Origin: Yuukianura sp. NJ FZ-2021
Taxonomy: Eukaryota
DNA: 64,000 nt
Assembly: GCA_046563655.1 (NCBI GenBank)
Contig: JAJCTO010000014.1
Location: 1 to 64,000 of the forward strand
Direction: 5' to 3'
Under the pieces are notes generated by a model. It saw only the letters and a list, made by a program, of their open reading frames with translations, was not told where the DNA came from and did no database searches. Shown piece by piece: positions 12,824 through 24,259 of the stretch. A program made the translations under genes and the position numbers. Each line of letters starts with the position of its first letter. The first letter of the stretch is position 1.

Positions 12824-15548
12824 ATGCTACCGATTCAATTAGGACGAGAATGGCTAAGGACATGTCGAAGATTCTCTGCAGTTAAATCGGTAACTTAATA
12901 GTAATCTCAAAAGAAATCCGTGATTTTTTTTAAACTTGATTGACCTCTGACCTGGTTTTGGTTAGACCCAGTACTTGGTCACTTGTCGTGGGCTACACTT
13001 GGATGAGGAATGGGCAAAGTTAGCAAAGAAGCAAATGAAAGGCAAAGATCCAGCACAAGAATTGCTCTGGAACACACCCGAAGAAATCACAATCAAGCCA
13101 ATTTACACTAAAAAGGACACTGAAAAGTAATAATTTTTCATGGAAATTGAAGCGTCAATTACTTTGCTAATCCGTTGCTCTTTCTTGCAGGTTGGAACAT
13201 GAATTGCCCGGCAAGTTTCCATACACAAGAGGTCCTTATCCTACCATGTACGCCCAGAGACCATGGACTATTCGTCAATATGCAGGATTCTCAACAGTGG
13301 AGGAGAGTAATCGATTTTACCGTGAAAATATTAAGGCTGGACAACAAGGACTGAGTGTCGCATTTGACTTGGCTACACATTGTGGCTATGATTCCGACAA
13401 CCCCAGAGTTTCAGGAGACGTCGGAATGGCTGGTGTAGCAATCGACTCTGTGGAAGACATGAAAACACTGTTTGATGGAATCCCATTGGACAAGATGTCA
13501 GTGTCAATGACGATGAACGGCGCAGTGATACCTGTGTTGTCTATGTTCATTGTCACTGGAGAAGAGCAAGGATTTGGCAAAGAGAAACTTTCAGGCACAA
13601 TTCAAAATGATATTCTGAAAGAATTCATGGTCCGAAATACTTACATTTATCCTCCAGAACCCTCAATGAAGATAATCGGTGACATCTTTTCATACACTTC
13701 TAAGCATATGCCCAAGTACAACTCAATTAGTATCTCTGGATATCACATTCAAGAAGCTGGAGCGACAGCTACACTCGAAATGGCCTTTACACTTGCTGAT
13801 GGTCTTGAATACTGTCGTACTGGACTCAAGGCCGGCATGGACATCGACGAGTTTGCTCCGCGGCTGTCATTTTTCTGGGGAATCGGCATGAATTTTTATA
13901 TGGTAGAGAAAAGATGCGAAAAATCGTTGACCCAAGGCTGAGATTTTAGTGTTAATCATTGATTTTTTTAGGAAATCGCCAAGATGAGAGCAGCGAGACG
14001 TCTATGGGCTCACTTACTCCAAGAAAAGTTTTCTCCAAAAAGTCAAAAATCGCTGATGCTGCGAACACATTGTCAAACTTCTGGTTGGTCTCTAACTGAA
14101 CAAGATCCTTACAACAACATTGTGCGAACTGCAGTTGAAGCAATGGCTGCCGTTTTCGGCGGTACTCAAAGTTTACATACAAATTCTTTTGACGAGGCTC
14201 TGGCTCTTCCTACAAAATTCTCAGCCCGAATTGCCCGAAATACACAAATTATTCTACAAGAAGAAACTGGAATTCCGAAAGTATGAATTTCTGAAAAGTT
14301 GACCAATTTTTTTGAGTAAAAAGATGAATTTTTTTTCTTGGTAGGTCATTGACCCTTGGGCAGGATCCTTCATGATGGAATCTCTAACACAAGAAGTTTA
14401 CAATGAAAGCCGAAAAATTATTGAAGACGTTGAAAAAATGGGTGGGATGGCAAAAGCAGTGTCTTCTGGATGGCCGAAACTGAGAATTGAAGAATGTGCT
14501 GCCAAGCGACAAGCAAACATCGACTCTGGCAAAGGTAGAAACACAGCGTCATAATTTTAAAATCCTTTTTCAAAAAAGTTGTTTTTACTTTTCAGAAGTA
14601 ATCGTGGGAGTGAACAAATACAAATTGGAGAACGAACCTCCAGTTGACGTTTTGATGATTGACAACAATGAAGTAAGGAAATCACAAATTGCCAAACTAG
14701 AGAAAATCAAGAGCACGCGAGATACGAAAAAGGCTGAAGAATGTTTGGACATTATCACCTCCATTGCCAAATCAGGTGATGGGAATCTTCTGGAAGCGGC
14801 AGTGAATGCAGCCAGGGCGAGGTGCACTGTTGGAGAAATTAGTTACGCGATGGAGAAAGTTTTCAATCGTCACGTCGCTTCTGGTAGCCTGGTTTCTGGA
14901 GCTTACAAGTCTGAATTTGGAAGTTCATCTGAAATTGACGATGTGATGAGAGAGGTAGTCGAAAAAACATCAAAAACTGAGCAATTCTTGGTCTAAAATT
15001 TGGTTTTCGAAGGTTGAGAATTTTGTTGCACTGGAAGGACGACGACCTCGAATTCTTGTAGCAAAAATGGGACAAGATGGACATGACCGTGGTGCTAAAG
15101 TCATTGCAACTGGATTTGCTGACATGGGGTGCGTGAGATCAATTTTCAAAAACCCTTTTAGAATTTGAATTTTGATCAATTTTGAATTCTGGAAATTTTG
15201 AAAGTTTTGTTGTCTTTTAGATTTGACGTTGACGTGGGTCCTCTGTTTCAAACTCCGGACGAAGTGGCTCAACAGGCAATAGATGCTGACGTGCATGCTG
15301 TCGGAGTGTCAACGCTTGCTGCTGGACATCGGACACTCGTTCCAGCCCTAATCGCTGCTCTGGCCAAACAAGGTCGAGAGGACATTCTAGTCGTCTGTGG
15401 TGGTGTAATTCCACCACAGGATTATGAAATGCTGTTTCAATTTGGAGTGGCATCAGTCTTTGGACCTGGAACTAGAATTCCAGTAGCAGCGAAACAAGTA
15501 GTGAATCTCATCGCTGCAGCGCTCAAGAAGAAAGAAGCAGTTGCATAA
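12824..15548 (+). CDS. MMUT: Methylmalonyl-CoA mutase, mitochondrial (adenosylcobalamin-dependent)
   Basis: Motifs [42 protein letters not shown] and [12 protein letters not shown] are present. The B12-binding motif [12 protein letters not shown] and STLAAGH are intact. The N-terminus is Arg-rich like a transit peptide. About 8 exons. Confidence 0.97.
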
Positions 15549-17311
15549 ACTACTGAAAACATCTTATCAGATAAACGCCTAGCTTCGACCGAATCCTAGG
15601 ATTAGTCAGCCTACCAGTACCTCGCTATACAGTCAAAACTATTTTTCTAGAACGACCGATTTAGTTTAAATTTAATTGTAAAAAACATCAGCTCAGCCGT
15701 CATTGATCCAGTAAATTCCAGAACTGCTCTGCCAAAATGACGTTGGTATTTTGAAAATCGTTTTCTGAAAATTTGAAATCGCTGAAATTGAGACAGTTCG
15801 AATTCGTTGGATCTGTTGCGGTGGTGTAAATAGTAGCTAAACTACAATGGAGCTGGTAAGTTGCCAACTCATGCAGCGATTTGTTTCGATCTTTCAACAC
15901 GGCGGCCAAGTTGGCTGTTTCTTTCTTGGCGAACATTTTCACAGCATTGTTGAACACCGTTTTTGCTCTTAGCCGTTCGGATTGTCACTGGTTAATCTAA
16001 AATGAAACTATTAGTTAATTAGCACGAAATTTAAGCAGCTTAAAATGTTAATTAGCAAATACTAATGAAACATCTTACTTTCCAGCATTGTCCCAAGCGT
16101 GGCTCGACGAAGATCAGCATATCCGACAACTTTTGTTTTAGATTTGTAGATTTTGAGCGGAAATGCTAAGTTTTAGTAAAAGTTGTGCCTCCGTTTTGGT
16201 TTCTTTGTAAAGTTTTCCCTCCTGGGCTTCTGAAAAAGTTGTAATTAGTAAAAACATCAAATAAATCTCAACTACTGTCAATTATACTTGGAAACTGTTC
16301 GAAATGGAACTGAAAATAAATTGAACAAGAAACCTTAATTAGATGTTGGTTCCTTTGTTTTTCTGAAACGAAACAAAAGGCTTCCAGCCTTTTGAGTAAA
16401 AACATAAGAAGCAACAGTTTCCTTCTTCGAGCTCAAAATCTTTTCCATTTTGAACAAAACTTGAAAACGGTTTTGGAGAAAGTAGAAGCGGAAGAGAGTT
16501 GTTTCTTGTTCAAAATCGGAAAAGCTTTGGCTGAATAGACGCTGATCCTCTTTTCGCTGACATCCTGAAAAGGATTAGAAGCGACACTTTGATGTTCCTT
16601 TTGCCTCTAACCTCCGCAGTATCAGCGTCTGTTGTGCTAGAAAGAGAAAACCAGAAAACAATTACACCTCTAATTTAGTAAAGTAAGCAATGAAGTTGGA
16701 CAAAGGTGTCATTGTTCCTGAACGTCTAAACTTAAGCCCCTTCGCTTCTACTCGATCGCTGCTGTCACAGCGATGGTGGTACTTTCGCTTTCACCTTAAG
16801 ATCTTCTGCAGTGGTTGTGTAGAGATCTGCAATAAAAGGAAAACACGACTGAGAACAAAATTAAATCTATCCTCATTCGACCAAACCAAAGCACTCAACG
16901 AAAGGCTGTTAATTAAGTTTTAGATTGCTTACACCAACAGGCGACGAAGGAAGAAGTGAGATGAGGGGGCACTTAAGTGCTCACCAGCTCCGATAATGGG
17001 AATAGTAATCCCATTACAGTTGGAATGAACAAGGGAGTAAGGTCAACTGGCAGTTTGGACAATCGGGAGCCAATCCCGACAGGTCAGAGAATTAGATTCG
17101 TGCATCATGTTATTCGGCTATACAACTTTCTGCAAAAATGAGGCTGACCTTGAGATATTATTGTTGACAACGATGATTCATTACTTCAGTCAGGACAAAA
17201 AGAAGTTCATTTACTCAAACTGGAAGGAAAGCTTAGTAATTGATTCAGTAATATGGATTAGAAAACGATGAGGTGTTAGGTCTGTTAGGTGACTCGCTGG
17301 AGACAAAAAGT

Positions 17312-18143
17312 TTAGTCCAACCGAAGGTTAGCCGCGATATCGTGCTGACGCAAGAGCTCGTTATCCTGAAAGAAGAAAGGAAAGAACATAACGATGGTGA
17401 AATAACCAAATTAAAAAGGTTTTAAAACCCAAAAGCGTTTGCTACTTTGTTTCTGTTCAGAGGTGCTTACCAAATCAAGAAGGGCGTCGTAAATTCCAGT
17501 GGAATTTGTACGGAAGAAATGCTCAATATTTGTCATGAAGTTCATTCCGTACATCAAGTACTTTACGTCTTCTTCCTAAAACACAAACTGTATTAAAAAT
17601 TGAAGTCATTTTATGATTTGGATTATCAGCATAATCTTTGTTTACCATGATGCTGTTCACTTTATGAATTTTCCGTTTAACACTACGCAACGTTTGGGCT
17701 TCTTTAGCCAAACGGGCCATTTCACTTTCGACCTTGATCAACTTCGTTTGAACACAGGGTGACACCTTAGAACCCTTGTTTCCAATCTTTTGCTGCTGGG
17801 ATCGTCCGTCACCCCGCTGAAACGGCTCCGCCAACAAGTTTTCGCCAAGCATCATTCTGAAGATCAGCTCGTCAAAATTTGGGGGAAGCGGGTAAGGCCC
17901 AGCATCCTCAGTCCCAGTAGATGTTGATGTTCCTATAATAAAGGTAGAAGTATTGCTTACTCTTGCTGGCTAACCAACACACATATCCAGTACTTTTGAC
18001 GATTTACCTGCATGAACAGTTACTGCAACAGCTTTAGTGTCGTCTTTATCATGATTTTCCTGAATTTCCATATCCTCTACCTCGGGATTCTCTTCTGGAA
18101 ATACAACAGCTGCGACCACTTCGGCTGCAAGGTTGTCGTCCAT
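17312..18143 (-). CDS. Uncharacterised small protein (acidic N-terminus, coiled-coil-like middle)
   Basis: MDDNLAAEVVAAVVFPEENPEV... splices in frame through GT-AG introns into ORF 17523-17855. It continues with EEDVKYLMYGMNF... and DNELLRQHDIAANLRLD-stop. No family recognised. Confidence 0.5.
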
Positions 18144-18921
18144 TGTTCAAAAGTTTTGATGTCGTCAGGCCTGTCGCTCCGAGTAGTATTGTCTTAATCA
18201 CAATCAAATCAATCAATTAATTGTTAATTGAAACTCAATCACCTTAGTTTCCGTTCCGTCCGTAACCGTTCGTCTCCGTGTACACCGTACTTTCTCTACC
18301 TCCTTTATCTCATTCATTCATCTTATTTCAATTTTGTCATTTGTTTTTGTTGCATTCCTCGATAATCAAAAAAGAATAATTTGAAATTTGCGCGCTTTTC
18401 CCGCGAATGAACAAAAGTAGCGTTTTTGTTCGTAATGTTCTTATGAGTACGAGTCTTCGGTAGTCGCAATTTCAAAATTTCAAAATTTAAAAAAAAATTT
18501 CCAAAAGCCCCTGGCTCCTCGTGACAATAGTAAAATAATGCCATTTTGCCATGATGGTGGGATCACGATTTGGTGGGTTTGATTGAGGCGTCCATGTGAA
18601 ATTTGAAAAATGTCAAAATTAGGAGACGAATTAGCTGACAGATCTATTTAAAAAAAATTAACTCTAGTTTCTATGAAAACTAACACCTCAGACTTTTTAA
18701 ATCGTTTGTTGATTCTTTATAGAGTGTTGAACCATCTCCCGAATTTCTTTTTCTGAATTTTCACTTCGTAATCCTTCCATTTGAACTTGGTACTTCAATC
18801 AATCAAATCGTTTTCTTTTCTGGAAGCGCAATCTTTGAAACGATACCACCGGCAGAAACCGAAACCGAAACTTCAGCGGTTGTCTACTGTGAAGAAGGAA
18901 CGTCAACAAAACTTAACTAAA

Positions 18922-20256
18922 ATGGCGTCGATTCCAAAGAGACACATGGAAGAGTACTTCGTTGACTCTGTCCTGGAACGGACGATACCGTAAGTTAGCA
19001 GTAAATCTTCCGAATATTCAACTTTTTTTTAAATCCAATTCCGCTCTAATCTCTTGTTATTTTAGAATACGAGAGCATGATAGCCAATTTCCAACAACGT
19101 ATGCCCCTGCCTATGACAACCGACTACGACAACAGCATGTCACGTGCATGGATCGCCTGCTACGGAACGAACTCGTGCGACACGCTGAGAAACGACTAGA
19201 ATTTAAACAGCGATGGCACACTGCGTCACAAACTTTGCATGGAATTGACGAAACAATTAGTCTCATTAACAAACCGTATACAGTAAGCCCTTGTGTCATG
19301 CTTTTGTTAGTAATACTGCGTAGATTATATGTAGTAACTCATTACATTATCGTTGCAGGATAGCAAACATGACACTATGAGGTCCATAGAAATGGCGGCT
19401 AGAAACAATGATTTGGCGGCCGAAAGGCATCGACGTCTCATTGGACAATTGAAGGAGAAATGTTACTTAACTGATGCCAAGAATGAGACGCTGGAAAGAC
19501 TTGACAAGTTTAGAGTTATACGAGACTACTTGGACAAAGTAGTTGACTCCAGTCACGGAGAATTCAGCAGCATTCAACAACTGATTGACCGCGCCAATCT
19601 TTTATTAGACACGCGAAAAGAGCTTCTACGCCGAAATGAACGCCTTCAACTCAATATCACGCGCCGTGAAAAAGAACTCAGCAGTCACTCGGTCGTAAGT
19701 CACTAACTAATACTCCCAGTCGTATTGCCAGTACTAAATCTGACTTTCAGGTTAAAGAAAATGAGGGAATACTGCTGAACAACTACATTTCGGACGTTAC
19801 GGAAGACTTGGCACTGGCGCAAGACGGACGTCACCGTTTAGAATCACAACTTGCGCATGTCAAAGATACAGCCCATCACCGCACAATGGTTTTGGGACAA
19901 TTGAGAATTTCCACGTTCAACATCTTTAGTCAAATCTGTGAATCTTTTGGTAGAACGCCAAAGGTGACATACAATTCTATATTCTGGTTAACGTTAGTTT
20001 GGACATTGACCTTGACATTGTTTACGTGACGTTGACATTCCAGGTACGTTCCAGTGATGTCATAGGTCAACTGGAGTATATCAAAGGAACTCTATTGGAA
20101 GTCAACAAACTCCGAGCCACCATAAATGAATTGTTGGCCAAACGACGTAAAATGAGAAGTAAAAGTCTGAACTCGCCCAAACGTACTGCGCAATCTAAAA
20201 GATCAACAACCAACAGCACAAAGGTGCTCGTCGATGGAAAATCAGCACGGCCATGA
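18922..20256 (+). CDS. CCDC42/CFAP73-family (DUF4200) coiled-coil cilia/flagella protein
   Basis: Five exons. The segments IRDYLDKVVDSSHGEFSSIQQLIDR, ESQLAHVKDTAHHRTMVLGQLRISTFNIF and DVIGQLEYIK align by eye to the CCDC42 pattern. Confidence 0.75.
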
Positions 20257-20749
20257 CCATGTGAAACCAAAGTCGGGGTCAAAGTCGAGGTCAACAACAT
20301 TTGGAATTGATTAACCTTGCTAAAAGTAGCTTATTAAATAAGCTCCTTATGAGAGCTAAGCTCTTAAATAAAAATATCCTCCTTGGAAAATCTTTGTATT
20401 TTTTTTTAACTTTCTTCCCAAAAGATGAACGAAACGCTGAAAAAGTTAAGGAAATGCTGGGAACTAGAATCTTGTTTTTAGAAAAATGCTGTTTAGAAAA
20501 TGCTTTTTTTAGAACAGCAGTGTTCCAAGTTGTAGGGAAGGTGAAGTAGTTTGAATTGAATTTGGAAATAACTTGAGTGCAAAGTGGTAGAAAAGTGATT
20601 ACATGTTTATAGAATTAAGGCCGGAACTTAGGAAAGTTTACCTTTTCCCAACAAAATCCAATTAGGCCTGAGAGGTATGCGGTTGAAGAGAGAAAGTTAC
20701 TGTACAGAGTCCCACCACATTCCGGCCCCACCGTGGTGGCTCCATACAA

Positions 20750-23656
20750 TCACTTCATCCCCCTCCTCCACTCTCCATACGACTCAGTACATGCATGAAT
20801 CCAGGAAGTACCTCGTGCGAAAAATTAGTTTAGAATTTAAAAAATTCACTTTATTTTTAAAATGTCACTGCCGAAGCGGAAGTCACGCAAAACTCAAGTT
20901 TTTATTAAGAAACGGGCGTCACCTAAATTTCAAAAGTCTAATCTCTTGAAGTTGTACATTTTGAATAAAATTTTGGAATTGGTTTTAGTTAAAGGTCATG
21001 CGGAGCATGATGAGGGCAAAGGTCAAGGTCAACATGACCGCCGCAGGTTTGAGGGCCATGCTAAAGTCATTGTCGTCACCCAGAGCGCTTCTGTGCCCAA
21101 TCCGAAAATGCGTTCCGTCCACAAAAGTGCTGAATGCTGGCATGAAGTTGGATCCATTTCCTTGTCCCGTTTCATACAAATAGCGAAATCCCCGACAGCG
21201 AATCAGCGTAAAGCAAAGGGCTCGATCGACTGGGTCCAGTTTACGACACGGATTTCTTCCAGACCGTGGACTACATGTACATAGCTGCTCAACACACGTT
21301 GCAAGACTTCCACAGTCACATTCTTCATCACCCTCGACGATTCCTGTATCATGAGAGGTCAAAGGTCAAGGTCAAACTTTTATGACCTTGACTGGTCAAG
21401 ATTTTACCGTTTCCACAGTAGTTATCTTCTGGATCGAATTGGAGGCAGTTGTTCCTTGCCGCCAATTCTTTGAAACAGGACATTCCCCTTTCACGGCTAC
21501 ACACGCTCAACCTGAAACAAAAAACTCGTGTGATTTATTTCTGAGTGACCTTTGACCTTGAAGAGTTTAACTTTGTGTTTTAACCTGAAGCTGTTCAAAG
21601 GAATGTTGCTGTGTGTTTGACCGTCGCCTTCGACAATACAAGCTCCCCAGTCCACATCGCCTGGTTCAAAAGAGGCAACGACTGTTGACAACTTGTCTTC
21701 GGATGTCGTCGTGGAACAATTTGCGCAGTAGCTATCAGTGTGAGCAAACGCAAAAGCGAGTACTCGGATTTGGTGGTACATCAATCTCAGTTGTTCGCCT
21801 CGGGGACTGTACTTTTCCATGTAGGGATTCACAAAGGAGGTCAAAAATTCATGCTTACAAGCAGTACCTACAAAGGTCAAAGGTCAAAGGTCACGGTCAA
21901 TAAATTTTGGAGGTCGTTGACTTTCTTACATCCTCCGGGTTCATGAATGATGTACTTGGCCACATTAACTTCTCCAATGCCCGATCGAACATCGCAGTCC
22001 GTGTTCATGTACGTTCCAGCTTGCCGGAGAATGTTGAAAATTTTGCTGCGTCTTTGAAAAGCGCCGCCTGGTGACCGGCCCCATTTTTCATCCATTTGCT
22101 TCAGCTCCTTTGTCATGAATTGGATATTGACCTGTTCAAAATTGAAAATTTTGAAAATTCAAAAAACATTTTTGAAAAGTTTCTCCTAAATTTTACTTCC
22201 AGCAGACGCATGCCAATGTTGTCAGGTACTCCGTCCATGTTCCAATCCGTGGCACGCAGGATCCAATCAGCGATTTCCACAAAACCGCCCAGCAGAAGTG
22301 TTGCTTGTTCAGGTGTACCGTTGAATCGCTTGTCCAAATAACTTGCATCAACGATATAACACACCGTGGCATAATAAGTTCCATGCCTAATATCAAGGTC
22401 AAGGTCAAGTTCAACGTCAAAGTTAAGGTCAAGGTCACCTTACTTGTCCACTTTCGTAAACTTGGACAAAGTTTTGTTGGCCTTGATTGCCTGTTTGCTT
22501 GGTTTCGGGGTTCCAGCAGACTCGGAATCGGATACTGCCGGACCCATTTCAGGAGGGGGAGCAGCATTGTCGCCTAATCCAGCATCCGGGGGTGGAGCAA
22601 CATCAGAAGATGCAGCACCATCAGCGCCAGGGGGCGGATCGATACCGTTTGGAGGTGGAGCTTGTCTTTTTTGACGTACTTTTTGCCCTACTGGAACTTT
22701 TGACGTCTTTGACTTTGGGATTTTGACGTTAGTTGGGCTACGTGGTCCATTGTCAACAAATGGACTGGGAATGTCTCGATGATGATGCATGTCTGCGCAG
22801 GCAACGATTGCATTCGGTCCAATTTCGCGGTATTTCTTGATAGTTTTCTTGTGAATGAAGCGTTGCTTCCTCTCGTCGCCCATTTTAGTCATGTTGACAA
22901 ATTCGGAGAGCTGACTAATCGGCAGAATTGAGCAGTGGATGGTTTGATCCTTCAAAAAATGGCGGTAAAGGAGCGTTCCATAAAATGCACTGGAAAAAAA
23001 GTGCCAAATTTAAAAATTTGAAAAAAAAAAACACAACTCCATTTTTGAAAAAATCAAATTACTTGTCGCTAAAGTAGCCCGTGGCAAAGGACACTCCGAG
23101 GCCAATGACATAGCCATCAACGGCAAAATTTTTAGTCAAAATGTCGCGAATACTGAGTTCCTGGAGACAGATTTCAAAAACGTTTTGAAAAAAACCGCGG
23201 GCTACTTAGAATTTTTCAAAATAGGCGTCTCAAATACTAGTGATTTACCTTGACCAATGGCTGACTAGAACCAGAAACTGGAATGCGAAGTTTGAAATCC
23301 TTGTGAAATCCTGCAATTTTCGTATCGGGAGACTTTCGCTTGAGACAAAGTGGCATCGGATCAAAGTTTTCTGGAACATTGGGACATACGTTTGAAGTTT
23401 AAAATTCGCGGGATTATTTCAACTTTGAAATTTTACCGGGAACATGAATGTCAATCCGAATGCATCCGCCGACTTCTTCTTCCTGTCCAGCACCCGATCC
23501 ATTCCAGTTCCAGTTGCCTTGTCGAGTTGAAGTTAAAACGAATTTATCTTTGGCGCGTTTATGTTTTGCAGTACGGCGATGATTTGGTTTTGACGCTGCT
23601 GATTGGACGAGCAGAAAAATTAACCCCATCATACAAAGAATGTGCCAACGATTCAT
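20750..23656 (-). CDS. Secreted ADAM10/ADAM17-like protein with a degenerate zinc-binding motif and a truncated disintegrin domain
   Basis: Signal peptide MNRWHILCMMGLIFLLVQSAAS, then a prodomain and furin site RQKR. The reprolysin-like segment ILRATDWNMDGVPDNIGMRL is followed by NYCGNGIVEGDEECDCGS (disintegrin start). No HExxHxxGxxH is present. The last exon and stop are approximate. Confidence 0.75.
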
Positions 23657-24259
23657 TTTTCCAACTTTTGGTTTCAAATTTCTGAAGGAAAAATGATCGA
23701 TATTTACTTTCTAAAAAATATCAAAAGAAAATTAAAAGCGTACAAAAAACGAAAAGCAAAAATCCTGTAAATACAAAATTTGTGTTTGAAAGTCATTAAA
23801 CAAGCCGGTTGACTCAGTTGCCATGGCATTTTTTTTCTTCTAACTTTTGAAAAATCTGACAAAAATGTTGTCATGTCTTACATCCATTTAAAATTTTTTG
23901 AGTTGCAGCTTTGGTTTTTGATATACCAAAATTTCAGTTGTGTTCTCGAAATAATATCCAATTGGATTCACAGTAAAATTTGATAAAAATTTTCATAAAA
24001 TTTCCGTAGTGTTAAATTTTTAATAGATTTCGTTATAATTAGTCTGCTTAATTAAAAATAAAAACTTGGACGTGCATCATTTCCTCTTTTTACGAACTTT
24101 TTCTTTCAAACCACAACCAAAAACCGAGAAAATTGGACAAAACCGGATAACCAAAACAAGGAAAAAGTTTTGAGAGGAGAATGAGACCAACTTTTTTTTA
24201 GGATTTTGAAGGATTGTCACTCCCAAATTAAGTTGAGAGTAGTCAACTAGCCTAACAAA

